From Macrostomum lignano (lineage: Eukaryota): a stretch of DNA of 64,000 nucleotides. The DNA lies in the NCBI GenBank assembly GCA_002269645.1, contig NIVC01000538.1:62001-126000 (forward strand), written 5' to 3'. The notes under the pieces are model-generated. The model searched no databases. It had not been told where the DNA came from and was given only the letters and a program-made list of their open reading frames with translations. The position numbers and the translations under genes were made by a program. Below, piece by piece: positions 23,519 to 34,429 of this stretch (position 1 is the stretch's first letter; every line of letters begins with the position of its first letter).

Positions 23519-24612
23519 TTAGGCGGCTTGGCCTAGGAAAAATAACATTATGAGGACGGCTAGTTCCAAGGACGCCGCATGCGGTGGTTGAGGCGGAAAG
23601 GCGGCGGCGGTGCGGCGGGCCACTTCGGCGATGGCCTGCCGTCTGGCTTCGGCTGTAGCTGCGAGGAATTCATCGCAAATTCGTGTGGGCCATTTCCGGC
23701 TTAGTTGCCCTTTGAGGCCGGCCTTCACAAGCAGGTCCGTCAGGAGGCCGATGGTCTCCTCACTGACGGAGCCCAGGTGATCAACCTGGGTTGTGGCGTC
23801 TGCTTGCTGAGGCCTGGCTCGGATGGCAGCGCGTATAGCGTCAGCTAGTTCTGCTCGGGAGAAGAGCCTAGGAGGCGACGGAACCGGCGAGGGGCGGCGG
23901 AAACGCGGCGACAGAGGCGTTGGCGGCGTCAGGTAGTCGTCTAGATTGACGACATCGGGCGGCGACAAGACTCCCAAGTAATTGACCAGAGGCGGCGAAT
24001 CCGGAGGGGCGATGTGCGCAGAACGTCGACCCTCGGGTCTAAAAGATCCGGAGGGCGCGCTTCTGGCGGGGCCTGCGCACCTGGGGCCATCAGCTCCTGG
24101 ATCACCGGGAGCAGCTCCTCGCTGGGTTCCTCCTGCAGCGAGCTGGATACGCTGCCGATTAGGTCGAACAAGTCGCCGTCGCCGGCGAGCTGCGCCGCTG
24201 GCGATTGCGACTGAGCGGATGAGCCGTAGGTGGGTTGCGTTGGCGGTGGTTCCTGCGGGGCAGCGGCTCCTCTAGCTGCTTCTGCGGCCGGTAGCCGAGC
24301 GTCAGCCGTGATCGCCTTCGGCGGGTCCAGACGGAGCTTGATGGTGGTAGCTCTTTCTCTAGCGACAGCTAGTCGATCTCCTGTCTGAGGTGGCTGCAAT
24401 TGTGCTAGTCGGCGCACCTCAATGTCGGCATCTCGTTGGGGACGCACATCCAAGCGGCTGCGTCGGCTGCGAGATGGGTCCTGGCTTGGAACAGGGATAA
24501 TGCGCGTCCTGCTAGCTGGCGGTACGGGCCGCGTGCGCTTGCGCCCACTGGCCGGCGAGGGCGTCCTGGAAGGTGCACGATCTCGACGTTTTCTATTTTC
24601 CTTGCCAGTCAT
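23519..24612 (-). other. Orphan Pro/Arg-rich ORF split by one frameshift (24612-23941 plus 23977-23519)
   Basis: Two overlapping long ORFs of GC-rich, coding-like composition, ~370 aa combined. No family recognised. Confidence 0.4.
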
Positions 24613-24670
24613 GATGCTTAGTGTTGCTTTTCAGCGCTGGAACAGGCATGAGGCCGGCGGAAGAAGTTAA

Positions 24671-25600
24671 TTAACCGGCTCAAGTAGGACTTTGACTTTG
24701 GTTTAAGAACCAAGCGGTCAGGTTCCTTTCAAGCCCTAACTGGCCTGTCATTGACGGCCCATTCGACTTGACTAGTGGATGGCAAATTGGCCGACAAAAC
24801 ATGACTAGTGGATGGCAAATCAGCCGACAGAACATGACTAGTGGATTGCAAATTGTCTGACAAAACATGACTAGTGGATGGCAAATCAGCCGACAAAACA
24901 TGACTAATGGATGGCAAATTGGCCGACAAAACATGACTGTGACATAGATTTATCCTATCAGTCTCTAAATTAATCCTATCGCTATTTCTACTTTCAGGTC
25001 GCCTCAGCATTTCAACTGTAGGAGCGGATGGAGCGTCGCAAGAATCATACGGCAGTGACTCAAGCTCTACTCTCCTCTCCATATCTTCAGGTTCGTGAAT
25101 GCGTTGACAGCCTTGACATCCGAGTCCTTCACCAAGCTGTTGATTAACCTCAGGAGACGTGTTGTATGACGAAGTTCCATAAATACGAGTATGAACTCTC
25201 AGTCTCGCAGAGCTAGTGCAGCATTATGTTATACTTACTTCGCTTAGACGGGATGTATTTCCTTTGTAAGCCCTTTGTAAAGCACCAGCGTTTCATCAAT
25301 TGAAAGTCGCTGTCGGGGCATGTAGTTATTTCTGCAGAGATGCCTCACACGATCGAGAAAGGGCTCCATCTTTGCCAATAGACCAGCACCTAAAGCCTCG
25401 GAACAGTCGTAGAAACGGAGACAAGACAGGAGCTGCTTAAATCTGTCTCTTGATAGAGAGAAAGGCTTGGAAAGAAACGGGCAGTGAATATCAGATCGGT
25501 TGACCAGTAGCTGGCTATTTCTGGCTTCTTTTCGACTCCCATCAGTGTCAGCTTTAACCATGTGCCAGTCACCAACATGCTCGACTCCTGCTAGAACTAT
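24671..25600 (-). mobile_element. Internally deleted piggyBac fragment with probable 3' end
   Basis: SRDRFKQLLSCLRFYD, LSIDETLVLYKG and LCETESSYSYLWNFVI. A TTAA-CC end lies at 24671-24676. Confidence 0.75.
24769..24938. repeat. 33-bp tandem repeat, 5 copies
   Basis: Unit TGACTAGTGGATGGCAAATTGGCCGACAAAACA. Confidence 0.95.
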
Positions 25601-25870
25601 ATGGAATGTATTTGACTTTAACAGCTCCCGACGTGACGTCTACGGGAGTGAAAGCCAGACTAAGAAAAAATTGTCTATGGCCCGATGTCGGACCAAGCTG
25701 TCTGAAACAGGGTCCCTGTTCTGTTCCTTTCTTGAACTTTTTTGTTGATTGTAGACGCTTCAGTTCGGTCCTGTTTTCAATCCTGTTGCAATCGTGTAAA
25801 GCCAGCAAAGCCAGTCTTGTAGTCGCAGAGGCTGTATTTGGCTTGGAGTGGCAGGAGCGATGGGGTTAGC
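25600..25870 (-). pseudogene. LINE fragment related to 26410-27380
   Basis: 25722-25770 matches 26770-26820 (CTGTTCCTTTCTTG..TGTTGATT.TAGACGCTTCA.TTCGG). Confidence 0.55.
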
Positions 25871-26292
25871 CGGAAGAGAAACGAAGCGAAAAGGGCAGCG
25901 GAGACAGGAGGGCGGCGCGCACGCCAATAAATACAAGCCAGCACAAATGGGGTGGAGTTAAAGCTGCAGGGTAAGAAAAACAGCGGGTGGGGCAGGAGAG
26001 AGGATTAGCCGCAGCCACGCTGAACACATAGGGGGTAGAAAACTAGGGTGACAGATAACAAATAGACAGCCAATGGGAGGGCACGGTGAGAAAGGAAAAT
26101 CAGGGTGAGAAAATCACAGACAATAGTTGGGTAAAAATAGACTTCAATAATCAAATAATCAAATAATCAAATAGACCAATATTAATCAAACAAATAGGTC
26201 CAGTGAAATGGCAATAAAATACTATTATGCTAAATAAAATATACGAGCTAGCTAACAATAAGTTACGAGTATCGACGGGGTTGGGAGGGTTT

Positions 26293-26296
26293 ACAG

Positions 26297-26364
<68 letters not shown>
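26293..26364. repeat. (GA)n microsatellite
   Basis: Seen directly in the sequence. Confidence 0.97.
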
Positions 26365-26369
<5 letters not shown>

Positions 26370-26409
26370 TCACGTACTGTACGGCCCAATACACTGGATC
26401 ACAACATAA

Positions 26410-27380
26410 TCTTGCTCTGGGTCCGATTCTGTTTCGGTTTGGAGTCCTATTTTTGGTCCTTTCGCTTCCCTAGGTTCTTCACGTCTTCTTGTATACGAAT
26501 CATGATCTGGGTTGCGTCGGTGGATCTATTCCGTCTGAAGCCACTCTTGTTCTCACTCCTCAGTATCTCCGTCCATGTTCGTAGCCGTGTTGCGAGCACC
26601 CTTGCCAGAATGCAGCTGCCCATTGCCATAAGACATAGTCTTCTGTAGTTATTTGGGTTGCTCCTATCCCCCTTTTTGTGGAGTGGGATGATCTGTCCTG
26701 TTTTGAGACTTTCACTCCACTTGTCTGCTTTGCTCTTTTGGATTCTGCCTCATTCAAGTCTGTCGCTGCTCTGTTCCTTTCTTGGACTTTTGTGTTGATT
26801 TTAGACGCTTCATTTCGGTTCCGTGACCGATTATCGACGGGTTGGTGACAGTTTTTTTCCTCGTGCGACATATTTCCTTTGCTGATTCGTTCAGTATTTT
26901 CGATTTTTCTTCCCATTCTTCTGGCTTCTCTCGTCTTTCGCTCGTTTCCTTTATTGTTTTTTCTGTTTCTAGTGATTTTTTGCGAGTTTTTCTTTGGTTT
27001 TGATACAGAACTTACTTTGTTTTCTTATCTTCCAGTTGGTGTAAGGTAATCGGGTTTTTTCCCTGTCACGTCATTTCTTTTTTCTTCCCTTCAGGCTGAT
27101 CGAGACCGGTTTATGGTCGGATAGTGCCATTTCTTCCGTTGTCTAGATCTTCATAACCTAGCGGTGTCTATCGTTTTTCTTTACATTAGAGCCGTCGAGT
27201 TCATGCCATTTACCTGTTCTCCTATTGAACCCCGTGCCTCTCTTCTTATGTGGTGAGAAGGTATTTGCCATCTGTAAACCTTGCGCGGTGCACCATTCGA
27301 TAATTTCTTCTCCCGCTCGATTGGTTTGTGTCTCTAACCCGTATTTTCCAGTTGCATCGGTGTTAGTGTTCCTGCCTACT
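26410..27380 (-). pseudogene. RTE-like non-LTR retrotransposon remnant (APE C-terminus to RT N-terminus)
   Basis: GKYGL..NRAGEEIIEWC..GKWHELDG..SDHKPV, then KKGDRSNPNNYR..ILARVLATRL..ENKSGFRRNRST. Confidence 0.8.
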
Positions 27381-30300
27381 TAGACGTTGTGGTCGCCTAT
27401 GGTCTTTTGGCAGCGTGGTTTGGCTGTTGCATGAGAATTTGGCAAATCGGGTACGATTGATACTGAAGCACCGGAGGAAGGAACAGGAGACTCATCAGAC
27501 TCCGGGGTAGTTTGACGCCGTGGCCGTCCTCGCATTGATGTCAGATTGATGCACCATTCTGTTTCGGCTATCAGTAGATGTATTTGAACCGAACTTGGAA
27601 GTGATCTTCTCCTCGGCCTTGCTAGACTTAGTCTCGATGCGGATGTAGACCGGTTTGGAAGAGTCTTCCGCTGGCTGATGCAGTTCTGTGCACGTAGCTG
27701 ATAGACGGGTACGTGGAATTTTTATAAAAACTTGACTGGCAGGAATCGCACCGATTGAAGAAGGTGTGGTGTTTTGCCTTAAACAGAAAGAAGCAACTGA
27801 GTGTTTCACACCGACTTCAGCAGATGAACACTTGAGAGCCATCTTAAAAACTTGAATAATGCGCTCAACGAGACCGTTGGACTGCTGCTGCCCAGGTGGC
27901 GTGAGGATTTGTTGAATTTTGTTTGATTTCAGAAATGATTGAAACTCCTCAGATCGAAAGTTTGTCCCGTTGTCGGTCACCAGAAACTTGGGCAACCCAA
28001 CGTATTTGAAAGTCTTTCGACACGCACTGATAACCGAAGAAGACGTGATGGATCTGAGTGTCTGAACGTCGATCCAGCGCGAAAAAGCGTCAACCAGCAC
28101 TAGGAACTTGTAGTCCGATGTCCAGGTGAACGCGCTTGAAAAACTCTTTAGCATCATTGAATTGAAGGCCACCAGAAATATTGGCGCGCAACTCGGATCA
28201 TCCTGACAATTCCTGGATGTCCTTCATGAAGCAGGTGCAGGATTTCGTCAGTTGAGATGGTGGTACAAAATCCGAATGCTTCTGAATACAATTACGTTCT
28301 GTATTGTGTACTGGGATCGATCCTTGCTGTATGGAAGCATGTGTTTGGGAGGATATTCTGGCTAGCCTTGTGTTATGAACTTCTTCAGCAGAACTATTTC
28401 AGAATCTTTTGAATGGGAAATACGTTTGAGAAGTCCTTTGGAATTTCTGAATTCTTCGAGGTTGTTTATCTCCAGTAGATTCACTGAATTTACGATAGGA
28501 GATTTTCCAGTACTTGGGATTCTCGACAAGGTATCAGCTGCAAACATTGGGCCGTATGAATAAAAAAAAGAAATTTTTTTCTTGCAAGAAATCCAAGAAT
28601 TTCTTGCGTTTATAAGAATAAAAAACTGCGAGTTTCTTGCAAGATTTTCTCGCCAAGAAAATCTCGAGCTTTCACAAGAAAAGATTTGCTCGGCAAGAAA
28701 ATCTCACGAGGAAAAGATTTTCTTGCTTTCTGATGAATAAAAGACGTGATTTTCTCGCCGAGAGAGCCGACACTTGAGTTTTATGCGAGCAACTCTTTCT
28801 CTGGCTCAAGCGAATCTTCAGCGCCCATAACACGAGACACGAGATGTTCCTTCAGATCAGAAAGACCAAGGAGTACCTGCCCCGACAGGCCACTCCAGTG
28901 GAGACATATCCATCATATTGTTGGATTCGAATCCGCGTCCATTATGCGGGCCAACCTGGATTCCCATGGAAGAAGTTTTATGGGACGATTCCCTGTCCTA
29001 TTTCGATCCACCTTGCCCTTCATACGCGTCTTCATGTTGGCGATCTTCTTCGATGTTTTGCCGGTCTCGAACAGCTTTCCTGTCAGCATTTCTAACTCAG
29101 CGCACAATGCTGCAATGGCCGCCTCCTTCTTCTTCTTCACGACGGGCGTGCTACTCTTTGATAAGAGAACCGGGTGCTTAGAGAGTACGTTGACAATGTA
29201 GTCGGCTTCCTCCTCGGCTTCCTGTTGACTTTCAGACTCGGCATCCGATGCGGCAGACATGTTTCTCGAGAGAAGATTGCGCGGTTTCAATGAAATCTGG
29301 TAGCATACTTCACTGGTAGGCTATTTACGTCGCTCAGCTTGCGAACGGTCCAAGGACACAGTTTTGTACACACGGCAGCTCCCATTTCTACCCCCCACGC
29401 AGCGTCTTATAACATGCTCGCAGTTTTTTTTGCATTGTTTCTGGGCTCCTGCAAAGAGTAATCACGATATACATGTAAAAAATTGGCAACCATTCGATGC
29501 CAGGACGCTCAATCTCAGGGTAAAATTTCAAAGCAAAGTGACTTTCCTGTCACCTGATGTTCAGGTAAACTCCACATGGATTTTGCCACTTTCTAGTAGG
29601 ATTTTTCTGGACGGATTTTCGGTGTTCACGTGGTTTTAGCCATAGACACAGCATGGGCTGCGCCCAAGCCTGAGGAGACGGCCGTCGATTCCACGTCACC
29701 GACATCTTGGTTTGGGCCCTAGACAACTTTCAGCCAAGTGGCAGTCGCCGAGAAAATCTCACGAGCCGAGAAACTTTTATTCATGTCTTTTCTAGAATAT
29801 CTTGACTCGTAAGATTTTCTCCAACAGATTTTCTTGCCGTAAAAGAATTTCTTTAAAGAAATTCTTGGCTCGAAAGATAATCTTTAAAGATTTTCTCACG
29901 TTTTATTCATACGGCCCATTGTCTCCCCCTTTGAATAGATGACTTGGTAGTTGTAGGCACTCGAAGTCAATGCCCAGCGCTGCAATCTGGCTGATAAGCG
30001 CTCTGAGATCTTGCCAGGATTGAAAATAAACATTAGTGGGCGATGATCGGAAATAATCTTGAAGTGTCGACCTGCTAGGAACTGTTGATACTATTTAACA
30101 CCTTCGACTATGGCAAGTGCTTCGCGTTCGATATTCGAGTAATTCGACTCAGCGGATTTTAGTATTCGGCTTGCGAGCCAGACGACTTGCTTCTGATTAT
30201 CATCGTGGGAAAGCACATAACCAATTCCGTCTTTAGAAGCATCGCACGTCAAAAACAGAGGTTGGGTGATGTCATAAGATACGATTTGATGGAACGTGTA

Positions 30301-31190
30301 TACTGGGTATACTGGGTATACTGGGTATATGAGGTATACTGGATTTTATCTTCCGATAAGCATCTGTGTGAAGGTCGGTCCAATTCCATGTTACATGCTT
30401 TTTTAGAAGATGGTAAAGTGGTTTTGCGATGAGTAAGAAATTCGGGCAGAACAATCCGTAGTGACCCAAGGTAGACACCGCACTCCTTAGTTGATCTTTG
30501 TCTCTTGGTTCTGCCAACTCATTTAGTGCCTTGACCCTTGCAGGATCTGGTTGCAGTTGACCATTACTGAGTACGAAGCCCAAGAACTTGACGCGATCCT
30601 TGAACTCCTGAGACTTGCGGACATTAATTTTAAACATATGTTGAGCAAGTCTGCCCTTTACCAGTGAAAGAACTCTGTGATGCTCACTAGCGCTTGGAGT
30701 CCCGATTACGATGTCATCTTGGTAAGAAGCTACGTATGGTATACCTCTCAGCAGTTTATCCATCACCTCTTGAAGTATTAACGGAGCGACGAATATTCCG
30801 AACTGCATCTTTCGGAATGCAAAATGGCATACGAGTGGAAATACAGGTCAATCGTTGGCTTCCTCCGATAATCCAATCTGCAAGTACGCGTCTTCTAAAT
30901 CGATCACGGAATAGTGCTTTGCATTTGGAATAGCTGCTAGAATCTCCTCAAGCATAGGAAGTTTGTACTGATCAGAATCGATGAGCCTGTTCAGCGTCAC
31001 CGAGTAATCTCCACAGATTCGGATGGGTCTGACCGACCCTTCGGGCTTGAGAACGGGTACTATTGGACACGAAACGGTAGGGTTTTCCACAGGGTAGATT
31101 ATACCAGCAGAAAGCAATCTGCTCAATTCGGATGCTGGGTGCCCCACCAGCTGACCGCCGTTAACAGGTTGATTCCGATGCAAAGCCAGA
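27380..31190 (-). mobile_element. Ty3/Gypsy (Mag-like) pol RT-RNaseH-INT, decayed, interrupted by a DNA transposon at 28549-29917
   Basis: PIRICGDYSVTLN, IDLEDAYLQI, SYQDDIV, NYSNIEREALAI, GDNV|ADTLSR (rejoined across the insertion), VDAFSRWIDV, TDNG and QSNGLVER. Confidence 0.92.
28549..29917 (-). mobile_element. Non-autonomous PIF/Harbinger-type element carrying only a Myb/SANT-like ORF (~28913-29260)
   Basis: Perfect 17-bp TIR GGGCCGTATGAATAAAA and 3-bp TSD ATT (28546-28548, 29918-29920). Subterminal AGAAAATCT-like repeats at both ends. ORF motif: KHPVLLSKS..KKIANMKTRMKGKVDRNRTGNRPIKLLPWE. Confidence 0.85.
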
Positions 31191-31199
31191 GTGAGAGAC

Positions 31200-31590
31200 C
31201 AAGAAGGTCATGCTTTCAGTATTCTGGGACACGAAAGGAATCATAACGTGGGAGCTGCTGTCGAAGAACTAGCATCAATGCCACTTTCCACCAGGAGCAG
31301 CTTGAGCGCCTGCATCAGAAGCTGGCTGAGGTGCGCCCTGAACGTCGCCGGGTCATATTGCTGCACGACAACGCACCTGCGCACAAGGCACAGTCGACCC
31401 GTCAGAAGCTGCTCGAGTTGGGCTGGGAGATTCTTCCCCATCGTACAGCCCAGATCTTGCACCCACCGATTATCACCTTTTGCCTCCCTCGACCGTTCTA
31501 TGGCCGGCAAAAAGTTTAATAATGAGGACGACCTGAAGACCCACCTGACAAACTTCTTCGAGGGCCAGTGCCCGGAGTTCTATAACCATG
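31200..31590 (+). pseudogene. Mariner transposase C-terminal fragment (Mos1-like)
   Basis: LLHDNAPAHKAQSTRQKLLELGWEILPH, (Y)SPDLAPTDYHLF and KKFNNEDDLKTHLTNFF. Confidence 0.88.
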
Positions 31591-31608
31591 TCAATGTGAT
31601 AACCCCGT

Positions 31609-31975
31609 CGAGGGCTGAGCAATAAGTTTCCGGATGTGCATAGTTGAGAGCCGGCTGACAAAATCTAACACCATAGGAGTCAAGTACATTATATAAGTAC
31701 AATTTTTGTTAAGTTTCAGACACACTGGTCATGTATAGGCAGTGCAGCACCCAAACCAAGCTAGCATACCCACCCCTATCTATCAAATTCGCAATGGAGC
31801 TCAATAGGAGTCATTGTAAAGCAATGATTTATTACGATTTTAAAAGTGATTTGCGGCAGCAAGAAAGTCTTGAGCGATTGCGAGGAGCTTTTGGGGATGA
31901 AGCACCTTCTAGATGTAACTTTTTTTCTAACTCTTTCTGTCTGGGCACATCCGGAAACTTATTGCTCAGCCCTCG
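31609..31975 (+). mobile_element. 367-bp internally deleted mariner (MITE-like)
   Basis: 31-bp perfect inverted repeats CGAGGGCTGAGCAATAAGTTTCCGGATGTGC, with TA on the right only. Contains the transposase start MELNRSHCKAMIYYDFK..AFGDEAPS. Confidence 0.88.
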
Positions 31976-32096
31976 TACGGAAAACTTTTACATTGAATGA
32001 ACTAGTGACAAATGTGAAAAAAATTCCCTACAAGCTGATGTTCCCACAAATTGCAATGCCTGTTTAACTATTGATTAGTTTAATATTTGTCTTAAT

Positions 32097-33823
32097 TCAG
32101 TTCGCCTGATCAGCTTCCGGGTCGTCTGGCTCCTCTTGGGCACGTTGGTCGTTGGATCGCTTGGCTTTCATCAGCTCACTGCGCAACCGCCGAAACGCCA
32201 ACTGCAGTCGTGAAGGAGAGACGTGGGCCTTCACAATTCGTACAAGAAATGATTGTACTACGTCCAGGGTCGTCTCCGCTACACAATCCCTTGACCGGCC
32301 TGTCAACGACTTTGTACGCAAGTCCTCCTCGCTGAAAACAGCACGGAGAAGCGCTCTGAGCACGAGCATCTCGGTATGCTCGCTTTTCCGCTCCCCGTGT
32401 GTCTCCACCGCGGACATAAGCGTCGAGTAGCTGCGAGCCTTGACCTGTAGTAGAAGGGGTAGAATTTTGAGCTGCGGAGCGATATTGGACTTTGCAATTG
32501 CATCCACGAATCCGTTTTTGCTACCTTGAACGGGTGCCCCGGCATGAGCGGAACCATTTCGGCCTCCGGTGCTTCTTCTACATTCTGCTGCACGCTGCTG
32601 AATGCAGCAGCGCCAGCTGCTGCTGAAGATGCAGCGGCAGCGGCAACGGGCATTGCAGTGGCGGGCGGCGGCAACTGGCATTGCAGTGGCGGCGGCAACG
32701 GGAATTAAAGTGGCGGCGGTAACGGCGGTTGCAGCAGCGGATGTGGCAGCGGCAGTGGCAACGGCACCTGACGGCGTTTCCTCGGCCAGCAGCTCCGCCA
32801 TCAGATCGCCCTTCTCGCCAGGTCGCGAGAAGCGCCGTCACTGTGCCACTGTCAGCGTTCCGACTGCGGCAGATGCTACTGAATGCTAGCGATGGGCAGA
32901 TGCTACTGAACTGCCGCATCACTCCGTCATTCGTACGGGCACGGTCCTGCTGGGCCTGTGCAAGCGGTGGTATTTGATGATGAAGTGTGGTTCTAAGAAT
33001 TGGAACGAGTATGTAGTTTCACTTCTAGTGCATCAGAAGGGCCGTGCCGCACCTCAATTAGTGCCGCCTGCATTTTGTCCAGCTCGCGCTCCATGCTCCC
33101 AACCTTGAGGAGCAGCTCTGCATTTTCTCTGGCCAACTGGGTCGGCTGCCAGATCTGTCTGCAGCTGACCCACATTCAGCTGGAGAGCCTGCAGCGAGGC
33201 CGCAGTTTCATGCAACTTTACGTCCCGCGTGGCACTACAGGAGAATGTAAGGGTGGGAGTTTTTTAAGCATTCTCTCTCTGGCTTTGGCTTCCCGTTTGT
33301 CAGCTGGACCCCAGAATAAAATTGCAGGATACCGACAGCTGTTAGCGGACGGCTTCCTTGCCCAGAAGACGGAGACTTCATCCCATCTGTGATGCCCGTT
33401 AGTTGGTGGTAGGTCACAGAAACAAACAGCTGTTTCGTGCAATGGATGGTGGGTGGTGGGTGGTGGGTGTACAGTTTTTTTAAACTGTACCACCCACCAG
33501 GACGACCCACCTAATGCGACGGCAGACGCAGCGGATGGGGTGGCAGCGGAGCCGGGGGCAGCGGAGGTCGCGCCGATGGCAGCGGAGCCTGTGGCAGCGG
33601 AGCCGGTGGCAGCGGAGCCGGTGGCAGCGGAGCCGGTGGCAGCAGAGGTCGCGCCGGTGGCAGCGGAGCCGGAGGCAGCAGAGGTCGCGCCGGTGGCAGC
33701 GGAGCCGGTGGCAGCAGATGTCGCGCCAGTGGCAGCGGAGGCAGTTGGCAGTCGCTTCAGCCGATGCGACCGGGCATCGGTTCGGTTGTGCACCGTGGCT
33801 GAGCAGCGGCCGCACAAAAACAT
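32097..33823 (-). pseudogene. BEN-domain gene (N-terminal WVVQF/YPAIL block, coiled coil, C-terminal BEN-like domain), frameshifted; probable CACTA ORF2
   Basis: LRALLRAVFSEEDLRTKSLTGRS..LDVVQSFL (BEN-like). Coiled coil ARENAELLLKVGSMERELDKMQAAL. 15/24-bp Ala-Thr-Gly-Ser coding repeats at 33530-33740. Confidence 0.6.
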
Positions 33824-34429
33824 CGAAGTCAGTAGTCATTTGGAGCACCGCACCTCCGCCAGGCTGGTACATGAAGCACAGCTCCTAGCGTCTTGAGCAG
33901 CTCGCGTCGGGAGGCTGCCCGACTTATCGGCTGTGCGGCGGCAAGTCTGGCGACCGGATGACATTTCGCTGAAAAAATTGTAGTGGGGTCCGTTCCGTTG
34001 CAAATTCCATATGGGTTCTCATACATTTAAAGGAGTAACGCAGTTTGCTGAATTCACTTATAAAAGTGTATGTACGCTCGTATATATTTTCGGGAAGTGA
34101 AGAAGCATGCGGATAAGCAACTGAAAATCTTGCCCAGCAGATAGCTAACAGTTGACGTGGGCAACTTGAACATATAAAGTAAATTTTACATAATACCTGG
34201 CCATCCCTAACGGCATAACATTGTAAACTCATAAGTTCGAAGCTTCGCATGCTCAAAATTTACGAGCAGAGTTGACGTTCAATTTCGAGCTTTTGTCATG
34301 TCCCCTCTTAAGCCCCTCTTTCCAGGCCTGGCCCTGGCGCCGTGTGCAACGGCGGACATTTTTGTTTCGTCTGCTTGTATTGTCTACTGCTTTAAATATA
34401 TAATTAAATCAATAGTTCGTTCACGAGTG

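Noticed and set aside
31980-32096. Left TIR of the CACTA element
   Set aside because: No match to CCCGTTGAAAA or a CACTA/CACTG terminus was found, so the left boundary is unresolved.
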